Assembly (NCBI RefSeq): GCF_000281045.1
Contig: NW_008246068.1
Span: 394,859-458,858, forward strand
DNA from: Saprolegnia diclina VS20
Taxonomy: Eukaryota
Length of the DNA stretch: 64,000 nt
Direction of reading: 5' to 3'
Below the pieces are notes generated by a model, which ran no database searches, was not told where the DNA came from, and saw nothing but the letters and a program-made list of their open reading frames with translations. The position numbers were made by a program, and so were the translations under genes. Each line of letters starts with the position of its first letter. The stretch's first letter is position 1. This document shows, piece by piece, positions 1 through 10,200 of the stretch.

Positions 1-991
1 GACACATTGTCTGCACCTGCTCCAAGTCGAGCAACGTTGTCTCGTGCTGCGCGCGTAGCGTCTCGTACGACGTCTCGAGCCGGGCGTGGGCCGTTTCGAG
101 CGTATGATGCGCCTTGAGCAACTCGTGGTGGGCTTCCTCGAGCTTCGAGTCGGCGGTCGTTGCCAGCGCCGGCGTCCGCCCGCGCGCCCGCGCTTGGTTG
201 ACGACCGACAGCAGTTGCATTTCGGCAACCTTACGCTTGTGGCGGTCGTTGGTCGACGTGACGTCGGTTTGGAGCTGTGCCATCTTCTTGGCACTTTGCT
301 CCAGCGAGTCTTCGAGGCTGTTGACCACCTGCTCGAGCTCGTGGATCTCGTTCAGAAAGTACGTGCGCACAAAGGCGTCGATCGCGCCTAGCCGGTGGGC
401 CATGTCCCGCAGATGCGCGGCGCCGGCAGTCGTCGATGTCGCGGCCGCAAGGTCCTCAATGCCGCTCACAAGAAGCGCCACGGCCTGCACCGACACGTCG
501 CGCGCCAGCTTGGAGTTGTTGAGCGTGTCGTGCTCGTCCAGCATGCCCGAGATGATGGTTTCAAGGAGGTCGTTCATGGCCGCGAGCACGCTATCGACAG
601 CCGCCTCGCTCGATGCAGCAGCGTCCTCAAACGGGCAAAGAAGGGCTTGGAACTCGGTGAGCGCGCTTCTATCAAACGGCACAAGCCGCAGCTTGGGGTC
701 GATCTTGAGCACCCCCGAGACGCGCCGCATCTCGAGGAAGCCCGGGCGCTTGATTTTGTCCTTGAGCGACGAGAGGCGACGACGGCGCATCGTCTTGTGG
801 GTCGCCTCTTCTTCAATCGGCAGCGAAAGCTCGTCGTCATTGTGGTTCGACGGGCGCGACATGCGTGCCGAGCTGCAGCTGCCGTCCGCAGACAACGCGA
901 GGCTCGCGCGGCGCGGCAGTGGCGCGTGGTGGTCCTCTCGGATGATCGCCGCCAGCGCTGCCTGGGCGTCCAGGTCGTCGTCCGGCTCCAT
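1..991 (-). CDS. Hypothetical protein with coiled-coil-like C-terminal part; partial, runs off the window edge
   Basis: Manual minus-strand translation from ATG at 991 (MEPDDDLDAQAALAAIIREDHH...) stays open to base 1, with heptad-like segments (IHELEQVVNSLEDSLEQSAKKMAQLQ). It is absent from the ORF track because no stop lies in the window. The long + strand ORF 114..1352 is its antisense shadow. Confidence 0.75.
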   Translation of the reverse strand, partial: MEPDDDLDAQAALAAIIREDHHAPLPRRASLALSADGSCSSARMSRPSNHNDDELSLPIEEEATHKTMRRRRLSSLKDKIKRPGFLEMRRVSGVLKIDPKLRLVPFDRSALTEFQALLCPFEDAAASSEAAVDSVLAAMNDLLETIISGMLDEHDTLNNSKLARDVSVQAVALLVSGIEDLAAATSTTAGAAHLRDMAHRLGAIDAFVRTYFLNEIHELEQVVNSLEDSLEQSAKKMAQLQTDVTSTNDRHKRKVAEMQLLSVVNQARARGRTPALATTADSKLEEAHHELLKAHHTLETAHARLETSYETLRAQHETTLLDLEQVQTMC

Positions 992-1059
992 GGACAAATC
1001 GAAAAAAAGTACAAAAGTCTTCTCCTGTGAAACCGGCGCCCATTCGGCCTTTGGACAGC

Positions 1060-2503
1060 ATGGGCGCCTGCAGTGGTCACGCGCTCGCGATGGAAGACAC
1101 GTATACGCTCGAGCCCAACGGGCTCATCGGACGCGGCGCGCATTCCAAGGTCCTGCGAGCAACGCACAAGGCAACCGGCGAGGCCGTCGCCGTCAAGATG
1201 CTCTTTGCCAGCACAACGCTCGAGCGCGCCGCGTGGGAGGCCGAGGTGCGGCTCATGAAGCAGCTCGACCCGCACCCCAACATCATTCGTCTCTTCGAGA
1301 CGTACGAGGCGGTACGCCCCTCTGTTGGATATGGCCACGACAACGGATCTAAATGCAGGAGGAGTATGTCTGCCTCGTCATGGAGCTTGCCGACGGTGGC
1401 GAGCTCTTCCAGATGCTCGTGCGGGTGCGACTGCGTGCCTGAGAAGATGTACGATCGGCGCTGTGTGTGCTAGGACGGTGCCTACTCGGAGGCAATTGCG
1501 CAGCAGTATGTGCGCGACATCTTGACCGCACTGGAGTACCTCCACGAGAAGGGCATCGTTCACCGGTGCGACGCGATACCGTGCGACAAGCCAACGGAGC
1601 ATGGTGTAGGGATCTCAAGCCGGAGAATTTACTCCTCACGTCCAAGCACGCTGGCCGCGCCCATGTCAAAGTGGCCGACTTTAGCATGGCTGCCATCGTC
1701 ACCGTACGTTGGCGACGACGACGAGTAGGACTCTTATGGAAGGCGGCAGAGCAAGCGGCTCGCGGCCAAAGACGGTCTGACGTGGGCGTATTGCGCACCA
1801 GAGATTCTCGACGACGACGGCAGTGCGACCAACTACGACGGGAAGAGCGACATGTGGAGCCTCGGTGTCATTTTGTACATCATCCTCTCCGCGGTGCACC
1901 CATTCGACCCGGACGGGCGCCACGGCAAAGAGTACGACGGCGCAATGCCTCTCCTTCTAACGCTCACACAACGTAGCAACATCGTCGCGGCCATCCGGCA
2001 CGGCGAGTTCAACATGAACGGGGTATTGACGCTGAGATGCAACCCAGTTATGTCAAGCAATGGGCTAGGAGGTGTGGCGCGACATTTCTGATGAAGCCAA
2101 AGACCTCGTTGCGAAGCTGCTCACAAAGGAGCCATCCGCACGCATCTCGGCGACCCATGCACTCGGCCACCCGTGGCTTTCCAAAACCGACTTGTCGTCA
2201 CTTCCGCTCCAGTGCTCGTTGCGCGGCAGCCTCACGGCGTACCTCAAGGCCATGCACCAGCGCTTCCGCGTACGGATCACTCGTCGACGAGGCGTCATGC
2301 TGATGTAGGTGAGTGTGATTGCGACGATTGCGGCGGCGCGGCTCGCAAGCGCCAAGGCTGCCCCCGTCGACGTGCGCGATGTCATTGTTGCGCAAGCCGA
2401 CGAAAGCGGCGACGAGCCAAGCGCCGGTGCCGCGCTCACCGCGTCCATCTCGCAGTCGAGCGTGTCATTCAACGCCGCGACCCCCCCGCACGGCCAGTCG
2501 TAG
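1060..2503 (+). CDS. CAMK-group Ser/Thr protein kinase, multi-exon (7 short introns)
   Basis: Spliced motifs: GRGAHSKV, VAVK, HPNIIRL, LVMELADGGELF, HR|DLKPEN, VKVADFS, YCAPE, DMWSLGVILY, ISDEAKDLVAKLL, ALGHPWL. Example introns: 1312-1358 and 1932-1976. N-terminus MGACSG. Confidence 0.9.
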
Positions 2504-2834
2504 CCCTGGTCGTAGCCACCCCATTATTGTCATCTATGCATGCTTTCGAATCGATATAATGCGATCTAGAGTTATATAGTCCACATTTTCAGCAAACCTA
2601 TCCCTTTTACTAGTACGTGCACAATGTTGTCACCCATGTGGTCGCGTCAAGTTCAACTTGGCTGTCGCGTGCCCTTTCAGCCAAAAGTCCGAATTTCATG
2701 CGTGGCGCACTGGCACTCCGGGGCCAACGTCCTAGTTTTGACCTAAAAACCGATTTCCAGCGCCTAATGTCCGAATTGGGTTGCTGGTCCCGGTGCGCCG
2801 GGTCGCTGCTGCACTTTCCGAGAGTGCCATAGGA

Positions 2835-4012
2835 ATGCAGGCCGGCGACGACAGCCTCCTGAGCTTTGACGCGCTCAAGGCCGACGAGAAGAACCGCAAG
2901 CTGCGCTTGGACCAGGCCGGGAAGAACGCCAACGCGCTCCGACGGGCGGTCGAGAAGCTCGGCAGCGAGGAGCTCGCGCAAGAGATCCAGATCAAATTCC
3001 AGGCGCTGAGCCGCAGCATCAAGGACCCCGAGTTTGTCGTTGCCGATGACATGATTAAAGATCTGCTCGAGAAGGACTTTAGCCAAAACGAGATCCGGCA
3101 ATTGCTGCACGTGGGCTGCGGCCGCATCATCCGCGTCGAGAAGGAGCTCAAGACCGGCATCAAGCAGCCGCTGACCGCGTCGTCGCCCACAAACGCCAAC
3201 AAGGCGAAACTGGTCAAGCAAAAGGAAAAGCGTCAGCGCACCGTCACGAGCTCGCTCGAGTCCATGTACCCGAACCTCGATGTGCTCCACATGAAGTCGA
3301 TCAAGTCGCTGCATGTCATGCTCCGCGATAAGCGCTCAACGCACGCGCAGTTCAAGCACTACGCCGACCGTCTCATGCGGTAGACGGCCTCAAACGTCAA
3401 GTAGCGAAACCTCATATGGTCTTGCGCTAGGATTCTTGCCGAAGAAGCCCTTGCCGCCTGCGCTGTCGAGCGCTGCACCGTTTGGACGGCCACGGGCGCC
3501 GAGTTTTCCGGCCTCCGGCCCAACAACAATGTGTGCGTCGTGTCCATCGTGCGCGCGGGCGACAGTCTTCTCGATGCCGTCTTGCACTGCTCGCCCAACC
3601 TCGCCGTCGGCAAGATCCTCATCCAGCGCAACGAAACCACAGTGGAGAAGTCGCCGGTCCTCTTCTACACCAAGCTGCCTCCGCGCATCGCCACGTACGA
3701 CCGTGTCCTTATCGTCGACCCGATGCTTGCGACGGGCGGCAGCGCCAACATGGCCATCCAGGTACGCCGATGCCTTGACGGTTGCCAACATAGCATGCTC
3801 GGTCCTAGACGGTGCTGCAAGCCGGCGTCGAAGAGAGCAACATTGTGTTTGCCAATGTGGTCGCATGCCCCGAAGGCATTCGAGCCATCTTTGCTGCCCA
3901 CCCCAACGTCACGATCGTCACGGCGGCCGTCGACCAAGAGCTGAACGAGTCCAAGTACATTGTGCCGGGCCTCGGCGACTATGGCGACCGCTACTACGAC
4001 ACAACGTACTGA
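2835..4012 (+). CDS. UPRT: Uracil phosphoribosyltransferase with an N-terminal extension of about 140 aa
   Basis: Motifs [45 protein letters not shown]-binding [14 protein letters not shown] and [14 protein letters not shown]. Introns 3380-3430 and 3762-3808 keep the frame. Confidence 0.95.
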
Positions 4013-4069
4013 GGTAGCATGCAATAAGAAGATAAGAAGCGTAGGTAGAGGTCACACGACGAGAGGCGC

Positions 4070-4378
4070 CTACCGGACATCGCCCGCGCGCTCGGATGCT
4101 TCTTGAATGGCATAGATGGTGCGGTCCAGCGTCGGGCAGAGGCGGTCGGGGTCGGGCGACCGCGGGTGCACGGACGCATGAACGTGTAGGGATGGCCACC
4201 GGCGCTTTGTGGTCAAGAGCCAGCGCGCAACGGGCGAGAGAACGTGCCACGACCACCGACTGCTGCGTGCGACTGGCGCGGCCTCGCCCGACTGCCGCAG
4301 CACGTGGACCGTCACGTGCTTGCGCGAGAAGAAAGCTGTGGTCCACCGTCGGCGCATCTCCTTCCGCGCGTCCGTCAT
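4070..4378 (-). CDS. Small hypothetical protein (about 102 aa)
   Basis: ATG at 4378 (MTDARKEMRRRW...) preceded by an A-rich leader, filling the gap between UPRT and the TPR gene. No recognisable motif. Confidence 0.35.
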   Translation of the reverse strand: MTDARKEMRRRWTTAFFSRKHVTVHVLRQSGEAAPVARSSRWSWHVLSPVARWLLTTKRRWPSLHVHASVHPRSPDPDRLCPTLDRTIYAIQEASERAGDVR

Positions 4379-4694
4379 GGCGACTTGCACTGCGTCGCCG
4401 TTGAAACTTCGAACGCTTCGAATTTTTATTTTTAGCAACGACCCGCCCGAGTCTCTTTCCCAGTTGAGCTGGTCTGACGACATCGACCAACAACGTCAAC
4501 CGCCGATTGCATAGACCGTCCTATGACTCATCAAGACCATCGGGTCGTGTGTACACGAGGTGACCGCGTAGGGTCGAAGTGACAGAGACGGGAGCCTCTG
4601 AATGGTGGTGCCATATCGCAAAGACTAGAGACGTAGAGAGAGCATCACAAGAGAGACTAGTAGAAGATGGAGGACGCATCGATAACGACGATGG

Positions 4695-5599
4695 TTACGG
4701 CTGTTTGTTTTGCGAAAAGTTGATGTTGTACGAGCCCGTGGCCGGGTCTTGGACCATTTGAAAGTTGTCGGTACTGAGCCCAAACTTGCCAAGAATCGTG
4801 TTGCCAAAGCCCTTGAGTTTCTCGAGCATCTCGGCCTTCATCTTTTCCTGGCGCTCCGTCACGAGGGCACTCAGCCGCTTCTCCGAGTCGCGCGCCGACG
4901 CAATAGTCGGGTCGATCTCGAGCACGCTCTTGACGTCTAGTCCAACGTTGGCTCCAGAGCATTGCGAGGGTGCGACTACCTTTCAGCGCCTCTTCCAGTT
5001 TGTCGAGCTTCTCGTACGCTTGAGCGCGGCGCAAGAATGCCTACAGACACGTTCTCAGCGCCGGCGTCATCGGCGGCGACCGAGCTACCTTGACGTAGGT
5101 CGGCGAAAGCTCGATCGCGACCGTGCAGTCCTCAACCGCCTCTTCTTGTCGACCCTAGACCGCGCGTTGCATGTCGTTTCGACAGAAAGAGAGCCGACGC
5201 GTACCAAGTGGAACAAGCAGGCCGCGCGGTTGTTCGAGTAGACGGCCTAGACGCATTGACGGTGACAACTGCCCGGAGACGACCAAGCGCGCTGACGTAC
5301 GCGGTTGTAGGCGTACTCTGTACCGATCGGACACAGTTGCAACGCCTTTGAGTAGCAGTCGATCGCGTCGAGGTACCGCCCTTCCTTGAAGAAGCTACGC
5401 ACGCCATGAGGTCGGAGCGCTGGCTGCCGTCGAACCTGTTGCCCTCTTCCTTGGCGTCCGAGGCGAGCTTGACGTCCTTTGTCTCGAGGCTCATCTCGTC
5501 CATGGCCTTTTCCAGGGCGGGGTTGCTCTCGGCCTCGGCCTCGGCCTTGCGCTCCGGCGCATGCGACGTCTCCTCGAGGATCTCAAAGCGGTCCGCCAT
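4695..5599 (-). CDS. TTC1: Tetratricopeptide repeat protein 1 (TTC1)-like co-chaperone, multi-exon
   Basis: Spliced TPRs: AKEEGN|SFFKEGRYLDAIDCYSKAL, VYSNNRAACLFHL|GRQEEAVEDCTVAIELSPTYVK|AFLRRAQAYEKL. The C-terminus EMLEKLKGFGNTILGKFGLSTDNFQMVQDPATGSYNINF is characteristic of TTC1. Confidence 0.9.
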
Positions 5600-5835
5600 C
5601 GCCGCCGACGTTCTGTAAATGTCCGGTTGCCATCCATGCATCCGGATGAAAAAGATTTTCTGGAAAGGGCAATCTGGCAAAAAATGCCGAACACTGTCGC
5701 GCCGGGCCCGCTGCCGCAACTGCGCCATGGCCCACCATGGTCCCTCCGCATCGCGTCTGCAACCCATAGCCGTACTTGGGCGGCTCGTTGGCGCCGGCCA
5801 AAGTAGCCCAAAACGCACGTTTATAGCATGTACAA

Positions 5836-7075
5836 TTACTTTTTCTTTCCTTTGCCTTTGCCCTTGGCGCCTTTCTTGCCCTTCTTCTTGGCCGCGAGCT
5901 CTTTCCGGACCACGTTGCCACGAAATACCTTTTGGATCTTGGTGGCTGCGTCGTGCAAGACCTATAGAAGCTCGTGTCCAATGCCAGCAACCGTGCGCGT
6001 ACTTGCACTTGCCGGCGCTCTTCGGCGCGGACCGCTTCGAGCACCTTCTCCTCGGCATCGATACGCCGTTGCTCTTCGTCAATCTACGAGTCAAATGGCC
6101 GACGTCATGTCGCTGTGTACAGGGATAACAACATACCTTTTTGAAGTGCTCGGAGAGCTCGTGGAGCTCCTTGAGCTCCTGTGTGTACTGTGCTTGGATC
6201 GAATCGATCTCGGTCGCGAGCACAGTCATTTCCGCGTCGTACTTTTCTATCGTGCCCGCGACTTCGACGCCACTCTTGCATTTGGCTTTGCGCAGTCCGT
6301 CCTCGACGTCGCGGTGTTCGGTCGTATCGGCCTCGAGCTTGCGCGTGAGCTGCAAGTGGCGCTCCGTGAGCGCTTGCATGTCGATGTTTTGCTTCTCAAA
6401 TGCCTTGTCCAATGTCTCCTTGACCTGGGCCTGAATCATGGCGAGTTCGTTGTTGGCGTTCTATGTCCAAGTCCTTGAGAATCAGCGTCGACAATTGGAT
6501 GCTAGGACCTTGTTGATCGTCGAGAGCTCGGCCTTGAGTTTTTGCAGCTGGATGTCCAAGTGCGACGTCTCGTCCTCCTTGGCTTTGCGCAGCTCGCTGA
6601 GTTTGTCGCGCAGGCTCACGAGCTCGTCTTCGGCTTGCTTTCGTCGGTTGTAAATCGTGTCCATTAGCTCTTGGTGCGCCGTCTCTTCCTCAACGGTCTT
6701 GCCGAGCTTGGCGAACGAGAGGTCGGTGAGCTCGGACAAAAACTTGATCAACTGGAGGAGGTCGTCCGCCGGCTCTTTCGTCGGCGTACCAAAGAACGTG
6801 TTGAGAAAGACCGGGTTCTCCCGCATGTGCCGACACAGGCTACGCGTCGCGACCTTGACCTTGTGCCACGTGTCATCGCTATCGGCTTTGGCACAGGCGT
6901 CTTCGAGTTGCCACTGCGTCTCGATGACGCTTGTGGCGCAGCCACTCTCGCGGAGTTGGCTCAGAAGTCGACTGTCGGCCTTGACAGGCACGTACGTGAG
7001 GAAGCTAAGGCGGTCAAGCATGTCGCCCAGCACGGACATGACCCGCTGGGACTCGACGCTCGTGAGCTTGTTCAT
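5836..7075 (-). CDS. DRC10: Dynein regulatory complex protein 10 (IQCD), flagellar; 3 introns
   Basis: N-terminus MNKLTSVESQRVMSVL, long coiled coil (IEKYDAEM...ELKELHELSEHF), IQ motif AATKIQKVFRGNVVRK and basic tail KKKGKKGAKGKGKGKK. TAA stop at 5836-5838. Confidence 0.85.
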
Positions 7076-7206
7076 CGGCGCGCCGCGTCCCTTGAAGATC
7101 GAGCTCCCAGCTGCGTCAACGTGATTGGTTCTAAATTGCGCGGAACGGCGTCAGCGATTGGTCGAGACACGGCGTCTTTCCATTTTCAAAGATCGACGCT
7201 CGCAGG
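7076..7206. promoter_or_regulatory. Putative bidirectional promoter between DRC10 and the giant gene
   Basis: Only 131 bp between divergent ATGs. Two GATTGG (reverse CCAAT) boxes at about 7123-7128 and 7156-7161, and an initiator-like CCATTTTC near 7180. Confidence 0.55.
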
Positions 7207-10200
7207 ATGCGCGTGCTGCTGGGCCTGGTCTGGCTCGTGAGCACAGCCTGCGCCGAGGCGCCCTGGACGCCGTTCGCTGCGCTCTGGCCGCGCCGCCTCC
7301 TCGCCCACTTCCCACTCGACGCCGACGCGACCAACGCAGCCACCGCCGCGAGCGCGTCGACCAACGTGACTCTCGTCGAGCGGCCAACGCCGGATGGCAC
7401 CGTGGGCATGGTGGGCTTCTTCAACGGCGAGAGCCGCATCGACGTCGCCATCGACATGAACGCGCATGTCCAGAGCGAGGTGACAATCGGCGCCTGGGTC
7501 TACGTGCCCGAGTACACGACGCCCGACCGCGCCAGGTACAAAAATACCCCATTTCTCGGCGAGTGCCAACTTGCATCTATCGTAGCACACTGTGGACGCA
7601 TGCAGACGACAGCATCCACGAACGTGCGCTCTACTTTGACAGACATGGCTGGGGCGTCGCCACGGGCGCATATGCGACAGGTGCGGCCGGCGGCCTTGCA
7701 GTCGCGACCAACCAGTGGACATTTGTCGCCGCCGTGTACAACGAGCGCAACGCCTCTGTTGTGCTCTACGTGGATGGGCGTGCGCTCTACAGCGCAGCAC
7801 AAATGCGCCTCGGCGCGCCGACGACGCAACTCGGCACCGCTTTTCGCGGGTTCATAAAGCACGCTTTTGTGTACAATGTAGCGCTGCAGATCGGCGAGCT
7901 CGACTACTTGCGCACCGCGTCGCTCGCGTTGCTGCCGCCCGTGGCCGGCGCCGCCGGGTACGCGCTGGCCTTTCCAACATCGGCCGCCATTGGCCTCTCG
8001 CTTCCAGTGCCGACCGACCCGACGCTCGTCGCGACGACGACACTCAGCCTCTGGCTCACGATCGATTTTGCAGCCCAGCCCCGGCAGTGCCTTTGCGCCT
8101 CTGTGCCACCACCTGGCGCAGTGGACGACGCAGTGCACGTCATGTTTGTCCGTGATGTGAATAGCAACAGGTACGTGGTCGAAGTGGTGACGCTCGACAG
8201 CGAGACACGGATCGTCAAAGACACAAAGACCGTTGGGATGACCAGCCTCCCGGACAATGGCGTGTGGGGCCATTTGGCGCTGGCCTACTCGGACGCCTCC
8301 CTGTATTTCTACTTGAACGGGCAGCTCGCAGTACGTGCCATAGACAGCGTTGAATTGGACTGATCGATATTGCTGCTCTAGGCGACGATGCCACGGACCA
8401 AGCCGCTCCTTGTACCCGGCGGCCGCATCGATCTGGGTCTCTGCGGCGGTGCCACGTACGCGACGGTGGCATTTCGAGGCGCCATGGACGAGATCCAGCT
8501 GTGGTCGACTGCGATAGCGGCGCCCGTCGTGCACACACGTCTGCTTGGCTCAGAGCCTGGGCTCGTTGGGTACTGGGATTTGGACGGTACCATGGACACG
8601 CTGGATGTCCCGAGCAAGACGATTGGCTACTCGCCGCGCCTCAACGGGCGTATTCGAATTCTCTCATATGAAAACAGCGCTCCTCTTGGCTTCTTGTTTT
8701 TGGCTCGGTCGGGCGCGGGCGTGGACGACGCGGTGGCGACGCCCATGAATACACCGGTGCGCGTCACGCTCCACGTCACACCGATGGCGCAAGCGCAGTT
8801 GACAGCGCTGCCAACCCAAGGAACGCTGTATATGCTGCCAACGACATCGCAACTGCTGTTTGACGGGACGACTGCGGTGGCCATTTCGAGTGCGCCGATC
8901 ACGATTCCGTCGTCGACGAGCCTCTTCTACGCGCCGCCGCATAATGTCTTTGGAAGCCGTGTGGCGACCCTCTCGTATATTGCGGTTCGTGGCGGGGACC
9001 ACAGCGCGTCGATGACCTTGCAACTCGACGTGGTGCAAGGTTGGGTTGCACCGACGCTTGGCGTCGGCCCGACGATGGCGGTGCAGCTCGGTGGCTACCG
9101 CTTTGAAGACATTGACGCCGACGAGTACATGAGCACGATCGCCGCGTCAGTTCACATCAACGCTGTCAGCAGCACCGACCCGTACCTGCGCGTGACACTG
9201 CCCACCTCCCCTGTCGCATCGAGTCTCGTCGCCTCCAACACGACGTCGGCTACGATCGCACTGCTCGGCGACCCGTCGCTCGTGTCGACGGCTGCGTCGC
9301 AGATCACGATCGTCCAGACAGGCGCGCTGTCAGCGACGACCTCGATGCTCCTCGAGATTGAGGACACGGGCCCTGGCGCCCTTCGCACGAGCCTGGCGCT
9401 GCAGTGGACACAAGCCATTGCATCCGTGCCCGACGTCGCGTCGATCTTCCCCACACAAGGCTACACGAGCGGTGGCGCGCTACTCAGCGTGACAGGCGCC
9501 GCGTTCCAGCTCTCCCTTGCGTACACGTGCATCTTTGGCAACAGGTCTGTGCCAGCCCAAGTGGTCTCGGTGGCGCTATTGCAGTGCCGTGTTCCGCCGT
9601 CACCGACAGCGGGTGTCGTTGGCGTGACGGTGGTCCCGACATCGGCCCCTGTCTTTGCGAGCCGTCCGCTGGCATTTGTCTATGGTGTACCGCTTCTGGT
9701 GCAAAATGTGGGTCCTGGACGTATTGACCGCCTTGGCGGGACCCAAGTACTCGTAGCCACCAACACGTCTACCTATACCGATATGACTGTCTGGAGCTGT
9801 GTCTTTGATGGTTCCATTTTGGCACCAGCCGTCGTATTGACACCGACGCTGGTGGCGTGTCGTAGCCCCAACCTCATGAAGCTACGGAACGCTGCGGTGG
9901 GCTTGGCGCTCTCACCCAACCAAGGCGCAGACGCGACACTCGTGGACGTGCCGCTCGAGATCGTGGCAGCACCGATGCTTGCTTGGCTGGAGCCGCGATG
10001 GGGACGTCGGGACGTACTTAACAACATCACACTGCACGGCACCCACTTTGCGCCCACGAGTCACTGCTACGTCAACGGTGCAGTTGCCGCCTCGACGTTT
10101 GTGTCTGCAACCGAGCTACGCTGCGCCGTACCGCCGACCGCCGTCCGACAGACGGTATCGATCGCTATTGGAGATACCCGCTCCCCGATTGAAGCGCAAA

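Noticed and set aside
114..1352. 412-aa + strand ORF, and other long antisense ORFs such as 43453..45492, 38064..39551 and 46250..47035
   Set aside because: Antisense or off-frame shadows of real genes in GC-rich DNA; Ser/Arg-rich translations with no motifs.
1932..1976. 15-aa insertion in the kinase C-lobe
   Set aside because: It is a 45-nt stop-free GT-AG segment of typical intron size; removing it restores normal kinase spacing.
5132..6439. 435-aa ORF suggesting a DRC10-TTC1 fusion
   Set aside because: Chance read-through of introns and intergenic DNA; spliced DRC10 has its own stop at 5836-5838 and TTC1 its own ATG at 5599.
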